Of a DNA stretch of 64,000 nt, positions 9,313-18,178 are shown piece by piece. The translations under genes were made by a program, and so were the position numbers. How positions within the stretch are numbered: position 1 is the first letter of the stretch; the number at the start of each line of letters is the position of its first letter. The stretch is from assembly GCA_964507055.1 (NCBI GenBank), contig CAZDOJ010000001.1, positions 13,210 to 77,209 on the forward strand, given 5' to 3'. The stretch comes from an uncultured Gammaproteobacteria bacterium (GTDB lineage: Bacteria; Patescibacteriota; Microgenomatia; Levybacterales; UBA12049). The notes beneath the pieces were generated by a model. That model ran no database searches, had not been told where the DNA came from, and worked only from the letters and a program-made list of their open reading frames with translations.

Positions 9313-9674
9313 TGAAGATATTTATCAGTCATTCCACCAAAGGCAATTTTGAAGAAGAGTTATATATCCCGCTCCAAAATTCTGAACTCAATGATAAGCA
9401 CGAATTGATTTTTCCTCATGAGACAGGCAATGAAATAGAAATAAAAGATGTGATCCGTGATTGTGATTTGGTACTTGCTGAGGTAAGTGATCCGACTTTT
9501 GAGCAAGGTTTGGAACTCGGATGGGCGAGTGGAGCGTATGTTACAACGATTTGCTTTTATAAAAATGGTATAGAGCCATCTCCTTTGTTAGCAAAGGTTT
9601 CTGAAAATATCAATGCGTATGGAACGCTGGAAGATATGGTGAAGAAAGTTCAAGAAGCAGCTGACGCATTATGA
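9312..9674 (+). CDS. hypothetical; possibly nucleoside 2-deoxyribosyltransferase/DNPH1-like
   Basis: 120 aa. MKIFISHS...CDLVLAEVSDPTFEQGLELGWA resembles the Rossmann-like N-deoxyribosyltransferase pattern. Located inside the dTMP cluster. Weak call. Confidence 0.35.
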   Translation: MKIFISHSTKGNFEEELYIPLQNSELNDKHELIFPHETGNEIEIKDVIRDCDLVLAEVSDPTFEQGLELGWASGAYVTTICFYKNGIEPSPLLAKVSENINAYGTLEDMVKKVQEAADAL

Positions 9675-10165
9675 TTTCAATTATTGCCGCAATCGATGAT
9701 AAAAGAGGACTAGGGAAAAATGGAGATTTACTTTTCCGCATCAAAGATGATTTACAAAGACTTCGTGTAATCACCAAAGGACATCCTCTTGTCATGGGAC
9801 GAAAAACATTTGATTCATTTCCCGGATTACTTCCAAATCGAACACACATTGTCGTAACTCGGAATCCAAATGCTTATGATAATACTGATATAAAACCACA
9901 TGTTATTGTCTCTTCACTTGAAGAGGGAATTGCTGCAGCGAAGGAAGCTGAAGGATCTGATGAGATCTTTGTATTTGGTGGAGGACAAATCTTTACAGAG
10001 GCAGTCGAGAAAAGTTTAGTGGACCGTTTATATTTAACGATTGTCAAAGGAGATTTCGGAGCCGATACATTCTTCCCAGACTATTCTATGTACACAAAAG
10101 AAATCGAAAAAGAAGAGAAAGAAGGGGAAGGATTCAAGTATACATTTTTAACTTTGGAAAAGTAA
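9671..10165 (+). CDS. folA: dihydrofolate reductase
   Basis: ISIIAAIDDKRGLGKNGDLLFRIKDDLQRLRVITKGHPLVMGRKTFDS, followed later by FVFGGGQIF. Confidence 0.88.
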   Translation: MISIIAAIDDKRGLGKNGDLLFRIKDDLQRLRVITKGHPLVMGRKTFDSFPGLLPNRTHIVVTRNPNAYDNTDIKPHVIVSSLEEGIAAAKEAEGSDEIFVFGGGQIFTEAVEKSLVDRLYLTIVKGDFGADTFFPDYSMYTKEIEKEEKEGEGFKYTFLTLEK

Positions 10166-10205
10166 GATATTGTTTTTGTGACAGGCTTTCTGCTATATTT
10201 GTCAC

Positions 10206-11525
10206 ATGATTAACCTCAAGAAAACAGATCCCCAAATTTATGAACTCATAAAGGCTGAAGAAAGACGTCAGAAAGACGTTCTCGAAATGATCCCTTCGGA
10301 GAATTACACATCACAAGCAGTGATGGAAGCTCTTGGTACAGTTCTAACAAATAAATATTCAGAAGGTTATCCAAAGAAACGATACTATCAGGGAAATGCT
10401 GTTGTCGATGAAGTAGAAATCCTTGCACAAGAACGTGTAAAGAAATTGTTTGGTGTGCCGTATGCAAATGTCCAACCATATTCTGGATCTCCTGCAAATG
10501 CTGCAATTCACTTTGCATTGATGGAGCAAGGCGATACGTTAATGGGATTGAAGTTGGCTTTTGGTGGACATTTGACCCATGGAGCGGCAATGAGTTACTC
10601 AAGCCGATTCTTCAAATCTGTGCAATATGAGCTTGGTCCTGACGGCTCACTCGATTACGATGCGATTGAGAAGTTAGCGATGAAGGAAAAGCCAAAAGTT
10701 ATTGTTTGTGGTTTTACAGCATATCCAAGAGCAGTTGATTTTAAACGGTTTGCACAAATCGCAGATAAAGTTGGAGCTTATTTACATGCAGATATCTCTC
10801 ATATAACTGGTTTAATTGTCGCTGGTGTTCATCAAAGTCCAGTTGATTATGCACACGTCATCATGACTACAACCCATAAAAGTCTTCGCGGTCCACGAGG
10901 TGCAATTATTATGGTTACAGAGAAGGGATTAAAAAAGAATCCTGATCTGCCAAAGAAGATTGATAGTGCAATTATTCCCGGATTGCAAGGCGGACCGCAT
11001 GACAATCAGACGGCGGCAATTGCTGTTTCATTAAAAGAGGCAAGTACAGCATCATTCAAAAAATATGGAGCACAAATTGTAAAGAATAGTAAGGCGTTGG
11101 CTGAAGGTTTGAATACATTTGGTTTTGATTTAATAAGCGGCGGATCTGATAATCATCTCATTCTTATCGATTTACGCAATAAAAAAGTAAATGGTGCAGT
11201 AGTTGCTTTGGCACTTGATGTCGCGGGAATAGTTACCAATAAAAATGGTGTACCTTTTGATCCAATGCCTCCATTTTATCCTTCAGGATTACGCTTGGGA
11301 ACTCCAGCTTTAACCACTCGTGGAATGAAAGAAAAAGAAATGAAGCAGGTTGCAATATGGATAAACCAAGTTGTTGAAGAAGTTGGCGATTTGATATTAC
11401 CTGAGGATAAAGAGGAACGGAAGCTTGTTTGGAAAAAGTATAAAGCTGATATTGTAAAGAATAAAGCTCTATTAAAAATTGCAAAAGAGATTAAATCATT
11501 TTGTACAAAATTCCCCGTACCATAA
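10206..11525 (+). CDS. glyA: serine hydroxymethyltransferase
   Basis: SENYTSQAVMEA, YYQG and TTTHKSLRGPRG (PLP lysine motif). TGcTATATT lies 6 nt upstream of the ATG. Confidence 0.92.
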   Translation: MINLKKTDPQIYELIKAEERRQKDVLEMIPSENYTSQAVMEALGTVLTNKYSEGYPKKRYYQGNAVVDEVEILAQERVKKLFGVPYANVQPYSGSPANAAIHFALMEQGDTLMGLKLAFGGHLTHGAAMSYSSRFFKSVQYELGPDGSLDYDAIEKLAMKEKPKVIVCGFTAYPRAVDFKRFAQIADKVGAYLHADISHITGLIVAGVHQSPVDYAHVIMTTTHKSLRGPRGAIIMVTEKGLKKNPDLPKKIDSAIIPGLQGGPHDNQTAAIAVSLKEASTASFKKYGAQIVKNSKALAEGLNTFGFDLISGGSDNHLILIDLRNKKVNGAVVALALDVAGIVTNKNGVPFDPMPPFYPSGLRLGTPALTTRGMKEKEMKQVAIWINQVVEEVGDLILPEDKEERKLVWKKYKADIVKNKALLKIAKEIKSFCTKFPVP

Positions 11526-11593
11526 ATCTCAAAAATCATCGTACAGTTGGTAAATAAGAGTACTACCTTGCCGAGACAAGCAGCATAAAATTA

Positions 11594-12544
11594 TTATGAA
11601 GTGCAGATATTGGCTACGATATTTTCAAGAATCTTATCTAAATTGCCTCCGTTGATACTATTAAAGTAATGTGTCTCAGTTGGTGCTGAAGCAACTTCTT
11701 TCATTAATGTTTCAAGATATGGGAAAAGCACTGCATCACTTGGATAACTTGGACTGTAAATATTTACTGAATAGATCCCAACTCCCATTTGCTTGATATC
11801 ACTTGCTATATTTGTCGGAACTCTTGGATCCTGTTCTCTTGCAAAACATCGCTGCTGTGGTGCAGTATTCGGATCAGGTGTTTCAACATAACAGTTTCTT
11901 GGTGGAGGAACTTCTGGTACACCGTCTGTCATAAGAATTAAATTCCACTTATATCCAGGATAAGCTTTTTCATCAAGTTGTTCTGCAATTTTATCCTTGA
12001 CCATAGCCATACCATCTCTTGTTCTCGTGTAACCATCAGGTTTAAGGCCATTAATCGCTTTATCTAATTCAGGTTTTGCGTCTTTGTAATAATTGATTGG
12101 CACTTCTTCTTCCACATCTTTACTAAAAGTATACAAACCTACAACTGATTTCCCTCCAAGGTTTTCGAGAAAATATTTAACGGCTTTTTTCGTATTATCC
12201 ATTTTCCCAGCAAACTTCATTGAACCAGAGGTATCGACTAAAAAGATCATCGCGGAATTCTGTCCACAATTACTTACATTAAATGTTTTTAGCTGAAGAT
12301 TATTATCTGCTGAAGTCTGTGCGTCAGTTGGCATAACTATTCTTTGCTTTGGATAATCTTCTGGATTGAAGTGAGGTTCAAGTGTTGGTGGTCCACCTGG
12401 ACCGTTTGGGTCAACTGGCGTTCCGCCGCCTGAGGCTACAAAAGCTCCCGCGATGACCAGTCCCATGATAAAAAGAATGGAAATAGCATTTGTGCGTGCT
12501 TCTCTATATGGTAGGGGAGGTCTACTTCCTTTGATTTTGCTCAT
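11594..12544 (-). CDS. membrane-anchored vWA domain protein
   Basis: N-terminal TM segment (AISILFIMGLVIAGAFVA) and MIDAS motif MIFLVDTSGSM. Confidence 0.75.
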   Translation of the reverse strand: MSKIKGSRPPLPYREARTNAISILFIMGLVIAGAFVASGGGTPVDPNGPGGPPTLEPHFNPEDYPKQRIVMPTDAQTSADNNLQLKTFNVSNCGQNSAMIFLVDTSGSMKFAGKMDNTKKAVKYFLENLGGKSVVGLYTFSKDVEEEVPINYYKDAKPELDKAINGLKPDGYTRTRDGMAMVKDKIAEQLDEKAYPGYKWNLILMTDGVPEVPPPRNCYVETPDPNTAPQQRCFAREQDPRVPTNIASDIKQMGVGIYSVNIYSPSYPSDAVLFPYLETLMKEVASAPTETHYFNSINGGNLDKILENIVANICTS

Positions 12545-12555
12545 AAGAATAACAG

Positions 12556-13407
12556 CTAGAGCTGGCTTCCACCGCTGCTTCCACTTCCGCCGCCACCGCC
12601 GCCTTTATTGTGGGCGAGAACGCCATCTGCGTAGAAGTTATTATGTCCACTTACTTTCTTGAGATTATATGCCTGTACTGGACCAGGGAAATAATCCATC
12701 CTAGTAATCGCGACATATTTTCCTGAATCTTTCAATACTTTGTCTCCGACTTTAAGAGGTTTTACTTTCAATACAGCATTCTCTTGAGCTGTTTTCTCTG
12801 GAGAAATAGATTTCCAACCTTCTGATGTGTACAGTGGATGTTCATTCGTTACACCAAGAACAGTTCCATCAGCGAGTTTGACATTATAATGATGATCGCG
12901 AAGTGGGGCATCCATTTCTTGTACTTTTACTGCAACTTGCTTCTTGCCATCATACCCGATGACACTATCTCCAACTTTTACATCTTCGATATTCTTTTCA
13001 GAATAATCAGCCATTAAGATCTTTGTTCCAGCTACGAAGCATGTGCTTCCACCGCCGCCACCGCCGCCACCACCTGTTGCAGGAGGCTGAGGAGTCGGAG
13101 TTGGAGTTGGGGTTGGTGAAGGAGTCGGTGTTGGTGTAAGTGTGATGCCAGGAAAATCTTCAAGCTGGAGATTTGATTTTCCGTCAGTATCGTCACCACG
13201 TTGGATAATAACTGGTTGACTATCATCTGGGGAAGCAAACTTAGGAGCAGAATTGCCGAGCATCATAACGCCGCCGCCAATGACAATTCCTAGGAAAATG
13301 ATTGCATAGATGGTACCAGCACCTACAGCGCCACGAGATTTTTTAACCTTTAATAAAAGTGCGTTTTTAGGTTTTCGAGCAGTAGTAGTTTTCTTTTTAG
13401 CGGGCAT
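12556..13407 (-). CDS. membrane-anchored protein with PT linker and Hint (bacterial intein-like) domain flanked by poly-Gly
   Basis: TM segment (IYAIIFLGIVIGGGVMML), linker TPTPTPSPTPTPTPTPQPP, then G9-ST-CFVAGTKIL...TNEHPLYT...NFYADGVLAHN-K-G6. Confidence 0.8.
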   Translation of the reverse strand: MPAKKKTTTARKPKNALLLKVKKSRGAVGAGTIYAIIFLGIVIGGGVMMLGNSAPKFASPDDSQPVIIQRGDDTDGKSNLQLEDFPGITLTPTPTPSPTPTPTPTPQPPATGGGGGGGGGSTCFVAGTKILMADYSEKNIEDVKVGDSVIGYDGKKQVAVKVQEMDAPLRDHHYNVKLADGTVLGVTNEHPLYTSEGWKSISPEKTAQENAVLKVKPLKVGDKVLKDSGKYVAITRMDYFPGPVQAYNLKKVSGHNNFYADGVLAHNKGGGGGGSGSSGGSQL

Positions 13408-13478
13408 AGAAAAGCTCCTACATCCAGATTACTCTGAAAATTATTGCTCTGTCAAGCGACATTTTTCATGATTAAGGG

Positions 13479-13507
13479 TTGCATCAAGCTCAACTCTCTA
13501 GTATAAT
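13479..13507 (+). promoter_or_regulatory. canonical sigma-70 promoter of rpsB (TTGCAT-17-TATAAT)
   Basis: TTGCAT at 13479-13484, a 17-nt spacer, and TATAAT at 13502-13507. This would give a ~68-nt 5' UTR. The UTR contains the 8-bp inverted repeat CATTCAGC/GCTGAATG (13523-13530 and 13555-13562) and a GAAGGA SD at 13569-13574. Confidence 0.6.
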
Positions 13508-13581
13508 GACAGTTATCTTACACATTCAGCAGATATATCCTGAACCCACATATAGCTGAATGGAAGTTGAAGGATATTATT

Positions 13582-14478
13582 ATGAAAGCAGTTAGTTTAG
13601 AAGAATTATTAGAAGCAGGTTGCCACTTTGGCCACCAAGTTTCCCGCCAGAACTCCAAAGCAAAAGAGTATATCTTTGAAGCACGCGATAAAATCCACAT
13701 TATTGATCTTGAAAAAACAAAGGAAGGCCTTGAAGATGCTGGTAAGTTTATTAAAGATGTTGCACGAAAGAACGGTACTATATTAGTACTTGGTACAAAG
13801 CGACAAGCACAGAGTGTTCTCGAAGAAGAAAAAAGTAGATTCTCTAATGACGATCTCGCAGGAATGTATTTCGTTAACAAGCGATGGATCGGTGGAACTT
13901 TGACTAACTACTCAGAAGTTGCAAAGAATTTCAAAAAGTTAAAAGATCTTACATCAAAGTTAAAGGATGCAAAAGAGCGAGCGAAATACACAAAAAAAGA
14001 ATTAAGTGATTGGGATAAAGAACGAGCAAAGCTTGAAGCATTCTATGGTGGAATTGCTGATATGCCGACTGTACCTACAGCATTATTCATTATAGATACA
14101 CATCTCGAACACGTCGCAGCAGGTGAATCACTTAGAGCTGGTATCCCAACTGTGGGTATCACTGATACAAATGCTGATCCAACAATCATTACGTATCCAA
14201 TCCCTGCAAATGACGACGCAGTTGGTTCGTTGAAGCTTATCATTGGCTATATCTTTGATGCATGGGCTGAAGGAAAGAAATTGATTGGTTCTGAAGAACC
14301 AAAGGAAGAAAAGAAAGCAAAAGAAGAAAAACCAGCTGAGAAAAAAGCTGAAGCTAAAGAAACAAAAACTGAAAAAGCAGAAGCAAAGAAACCAGCAGCT
14401 CCAAAAGCTGACAAAAGTGGCGAATCAAAAGCAGGTCCCGTAAAGAAGCCTGCAGCAAAGAAGTCAGAGAAGAAATAG
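13582..14478 (+). CDS. rpsB: 30S ribosomal protein S2 with Lys/Glu/Ala-rich C-terminal extension
   Basis: MKAVSLEELLEAGCHFGHQ... The ATG at 13582, preceded by GAAGGA, is preferred to the track TTG at 13567. The tail reads EEKKAKEEKPAEKKAEAKETKTEKAEAKK... Confidence 0.9.
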   Translation: MKAVSLEELLEAGCHFGHQVSRQNSKAKEYIFEARDKIHIIDLEKTKEGLEDAGKFIKDVARKNGTILVLGTKRQAQSVLEEEKSRFSNDDLAGMYFVNKRWIGGTLTNYSEVAKNFKKLKDLTSKLKDAKERAKYTKKELSDWDKERAKLEAFYGGIADMPTVPTALFIIDTHLEHVAAGESLRAGIPTVGITDTNADPTIITYPIPANDDAVGSLKLIIGYIFDAWAEGKKLIGSEEPKEEKKAKEEKPAEKKAEAKETKTEKAEAKKPAAPKADKSGESKAGPVKKPAAKKSEKK

Positions 14479-14517
14479 TTCTTGATTCTTACTTCATAAT
14501 TCTTTATTCTATAACCT

Positions 14518-14973
14518 ATGGCACAACTAGATTTAAAAGCAATCAAAAAATTACGTGATGAAACATCTGCATCAATTGCAGATTGTCGTCGAGCTCTCGA
14601 AGAAGCAAACGGAGATGAGAAAAAAGCTCTTGAATGGCTAAAGAAGAGAGCCGGTGAAATTGCTGCTAAGAAAGCAGATCGCGAAACTTCACAAGGAATT
14701 ATCGAGGCATATATTCATGGTGGTGGTAAAGTTGGAGTTTTAGTTGACCTTGCATGTGAGACTGATTTCGTTGCAAAAACAGATGAATTCAAAGCTCTCG
14801 CAAAAGAAGTTGCTATGCAGGTTGCAGCTATGGATCCAAAAGATGTGGATGATCTTTTGAAGCAAGCATACATTCGTGATGGTTCACAAACAATCGAATC
14901 CCTCGTTAAAGATGCTATTGGTAAAATCGGAGAAAATATCGCAATTAAAAAATTCGTCCGGTTTGAGATCTAA
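14518..14973 (+). CDS. tsf: elongation factor Ts (short form, 151 aa)
   Basis: N-terminal UBA-like segment IKKLRDETSASIADCRRALEEANGDEKKALEWLKKRA. Also CETDFVAKTDEF. Confidence 0.85.
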   Translation: MAQLDLKAIKKLRDETSASIADCRRALEEANGDEKKALEWLKKRAGEIAAKKADRETSQGIIEAYIHGGGKVGVLVDLACETDFVAKTDEFKALAKEVAMQVAAMDPKDVDDLLKQAYIRDGSQTIESLVKDAIGKIGENIAIKKFVRFEI

Positions 14974-14982
14974 ACCTATTTT

Positions 14983-15534
14983 ATGGATCCAGTCTTAACT
15001 ACAACAAAGCAAAAACTCCAAAAGGTTCTCGATGTGCTTCGAGATGATATCGCAACAATTCGTACTGGTCGTGCAGTCCCTTCATTGGTTGAAAACATTA
15101 CTGTTATGGCATATGGTGGTTCAGCCAAACTCAAAGTTATGGAGCTTGCAACAATCGGAACTCCTGACAATCAAACTATTGTTATCACACCATTTGACGC
15201 ATCAACGATTCACGAAATTCAAAAGGGGATTGAGCAGGCAAATGTGGGCTACAACCCAATCATTGATGGCATGTTACTTCGTATTTCTATCCCACCACTT
15301 TCTTTGGAACGTCGACAAGAACTCATTAAAGCAATGAAAGGAAAACTCGAAAACGGTAAAATTATGGTTCGACAAGTTCGTCACGAAATGATTGAAGATA
15401 TGAAGAAGGATTATGAAGGCCGCGAGGACGATATCAAACGATTAGAAAAAGAAGTACAAAAAGCTGTTGATGAAACTATCGAAACTATTGAAGATTGGGG
15501 CAAACAAAAAGAACAAGAACTTCTCCAAATTTAA
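14983..15534 (+). CDS. frr: ribosome recycling factor
   Basis: 183 aa with LRDDIATIRTGRAVPSLVENI...LSLERRQELIK. Sits in the conserved rpsB-tsf-frr order. Confidence 0.9.
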   Translation: MDPVLTTTKQKLQKVLDVLRDDIATIRTGRAVPSLVENITVMAYGGSAKLKVMELATIGTPDNQTIVITPFDASTIHEIQKGIEQANVGYNPIIDGMLLRISIPPLSLERRQELIKAMKGKLENGKIMVRQVRHEMIEDMKKDYEGREDDIKRLEKEVQKAVDETIETIEDWGKQKEQELLQI

Positions 15535-16838
15535 TCTTCTGTAGGTTCTTTTGCAAACATATCTAAATAAGCAATTGCAGGATCCATGCCTTCTGTTACT
15601 GGTAAAGCTTCAGGTTTCGTTACCCCGAATAGGTTGTTTAGTATATCTTCTATTTTTCCAATAGTAGCTAAGTCTTTAGGTCTTTCCCTCGAAGCATCTA
15701 TACTAACATTGAGCAGCTGACTCAAAGCAAATTGTGCTTTCAGAGCTTCTTCATCAGAACGGCTACTACTTTCTTTAAATTGCTCAAGGTCCTTCATCGC
15801 ATCTTGTACAGTAGCTATTTCCTCACGCCAGGTCTCAAAATAACGTGCTTCCATTAAATGAGTTCCAAAATAGTTTGCTTCATTCTTATTACCTGGAGTG
15901 TCATCTAAACTAAACGTATAATATTTGGTGCCACCTTTTTGAGGCAACTTCTCCCAACTTGCTGATGCACCTCTTGCGTCATTATAACTTGCATAGATGA
16001 ACTCATTTTTAATCTGAATCATTGCGTCATCGTATGAAGTGCCATCTGCCATTACTTCTTCTATCCTTGTACGGAACTTTATATTTGCAGCTCCAACTGC
16101 TTCTTTCTTTTCTTTCCATCCTGGATTGGCATCTGCATATGCGTGCTCTTGTGTTCGCACATCTTCTCCAAAGCGTTCAAATATTTTGGGTAGGTCTTCA
16201 ATGGTTACTTCCTCAGATGTAAATCCATCAAGAATCTTATCAATATTTGGAGCATAGGTATATTCAGGATATGTTTCAAGTGCCTCAAGTTGATCTTCAG
16301 CTTCAGTCTTTTTTACATCTTTAAGAGTTTCATCTCCATCCAACTCTTGTGCCGCTTTCGTTGCTGCTTCAGGATTAAGGAGAGTATCTTTTAAAACAAG
16401 TAATGCTGCTTTATTTGTCTCAGCTATTGCACGTGCCTCTTCATCCTTGGTCTGCATTTGTTGATCAAATCTCGCGATTCGTTGATCCAAGTATGTTTCT
16501 ATTTTGTCTTTGTGAGGTGGGGAAATTTCATGGCCAGCATAGGCATCTAACAAGATTTCTCGTATATCTACCAATCTGCTTTCTTGACGAAGAAACTCCT
16601 TTCTACCAATGACAACATCTTTCTTTTGCTCATCAAGATCTCCAATTTCCGCTTTCACAAGATCGAAAGCATCAATTGCAGTTACTTTATAGCTATCAGT
16701 GAGCTTGGCACTAAAAAGGCCCGCTTGATTATCAAACTTATCCGATCGGAATGATAATCCAGAGTGGTCATATTCCGGGCTTGGTTTTACTTTAGCTTCT
16801 TTTTCGAGAACAATGCGTTCTCCACCAGCTTCACTCAT
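15531..16838 (-). CDS. hypothetical acidic protein
   Basis: 435-aa ORF with no recognisable motif and no island-type tail (ends AKEPTED). Confidence 0.6.
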   Translation of the reverse strand: MSEAGGERIVLEKEAKVKPSPEYDHSGLSFRSDKFDNQAGLFSAKLTDSYKVTAIDAFDLVKAEIGDLDEQKKDVVIGRKEFLRQESRLVDIREILLDAYAGHEISPPHKDKIETYLDQRIARFDQQMQTKDEEARAIAETNKAALLVLKDTLLNPEAATKAAQELDGDETLKDVKKTEAEDQLEALETYPEYTYAPNIDKILDGFTSEEVTIEDLPKIFERFGEDVRTQEHAYADANPGWKEKKEAVGAANIKFRTRIEEVMADGTSYDDAMIQIKNEFIYASYNDARGASASWEKLPQKGGTKYYTFSLDDTPGNKNEANYFGTHLMEARYFETWREEIATVQDAMKDLEQFKESSSRSDEEALKAQFALSQLLNVSIDASRERPKDLATIGKIEDILNNLFGVTKPEALPVTEGMDPAIAYLDMFAKEPTED

Positions 16839-16937
16839 ACAGTCTTATCGTATCGTACTTCAACCATATGAAGCAAGTGAAGAAAGCTAAATAAACCTAT
16901 TGTGTGCAGAGTTTAAAAACCTGCTATAATTATTTCT

Positions 16938-18122
16938 ATGATCATCACTGCTTTGGTTTTCCTCCTCATTCTCTCTGTTCTCGTACTTATTCATGAAGCC
17001 GGTCATTACTTTGTTGCTAAAAAATTAGGGATCAAAGTTGAAGAGTTTGGTTTTGGTTTTCCACTTACTCCAGCTATTTGGCAGAAAAAAATAGGCGAGA
17101 CAGTCTATTCATTTTACCCTGTTTTAATTGGAGGATTCGTCAAGCTTTACGGAGAAGATGATGCTGGAGGTGGACGAATTGCCGCACCAAAGGATGCAAA
17201 AAAAGGAAAAGATCCTGATGCAAAACGTGCGTTTTTCTCCCGTCCATTGTGGCAGAGAACTGCTGTAGTTGTTGCTGGTGTCTTCATGAATGCCGTGCTT
17301 GCAGCGGTTATTTATTATGTCTTTCTTGGTATGTCAGGTTTTAAGACAGAGCTTCCGCTTATTGGTCAGCATACATTCTTCGGAGCAAATCAAACTGTCC
17401 AGACACAAGTTGTTGTCAGTGAAATTTCTAAGGGTTCACCTGCAGAACAAGCTGGTATAAAACCATTCTCACGAGTTGAAAGCATCAACGGCGTACCGAT
17501 GAAAGATTTAAAGACATTTTCATCAACTATAAAAGAGAATACCGGAAAACCACTACAAATTACGTGGATCGAAGACCAAACAGGGAAGTCGTCAACTGCA
17601 ACTGTTACTCCACGTGTAAATCCTCCAAAGGGTGAAGGTGCATTGGGTGTAGCATTTTTCCCAGTTCAGACTGTGACACTTGCATATGAAACACCAACGC
17701 AAAAAGCATTCTCAGGTATTGTCCATCCAGCAAATCTGATGGCATACAACTTCAATGTCCTTGGTCAATTGATTGGAGTTTCTGTTCGCGAGAAGACTGC
17801 TGAGCCAATTAGCCAAGGTGTCTCTGGTCCTGTTGGTATTTATAATGTTGTAGGAACAATTGTGGATTTGCCTGATGCAAAAGAACGATTTTTACAACTA
17901 CTTAATTTAGCAGGTTTGCTCTCGATTTCATTGGCATTCTTTAATGTGCTCCCAATTCCGGGGCTTGATGGAGGAAGATTATTCTTTATCATTCTTGAAG
18001 GTATCATCGGGAAGAAAGTAAATCCAAAAGTCGAAGGATATTTCCATGCTGTCGGTATGGTTCTTTTGATCGGATTGTTGCTTCTGGTTACGATTAAAGA
18101 TATTACGCAATTGTTTAAATAA
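16938..18122 (+). CDS. rseP: RIP metalloprotease RseP (site-2 protease, M50)
   Basis: HEAGHY zinc motif in TM1, a PDZ-like middle region, and NVLPIPGLDGG. TGcTATAAT lies 7 nt upstream of the ATG. Confidence 0.88.
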   Translation: MIITALVFLLILSVLVLIHEAGHYFVAKKLGIKVEEFGFGFPLTPAIWQKKIGETVYSFYPVLIGGFVKLYGEDDAGGGRIAAPKDAKKGKDPDAKRAFFSRPLWQRTAVVVAGVFMNAVLAAVIYYVFLGMSGFKTELPLIGQHTFFGANQTVQTQVVVSEISKGSPAEQAGIKPFSRVESINGVPMKDLKTFSSTIKENTGKPLQITWIEDQTGKSSTATVTPRVNPPKGEGALGVAFFPVQTVTLAYETPTQKAFSGIVHPANLMAYNFNVLGQLIGVSVREKTAEPISQGVSGPVGIYNVVGTIVDLPDAKERFLQLLNLAGLLSISLAFFNVLPIPGLDGGRLFFIILEGIIGKKVNPKVEGYFHAVGMVLLIGLLLLVTIKDITQLFK

Positions 18123-18178
18123 ATCTCCTGGGATCCCCATCAATATTGACTTTGTTTTTCCTATCTGTAAGACTAGAT

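Noticed and set aside
12607-13041. A canonical self-splicing intein.
   Set aside because: There is no recognisable host protein split by it. The +1 residue is Lys and the C-extein is a 16-aa Gly/Ser tail. It fits the BIL/Hint autoprocessing class instead.
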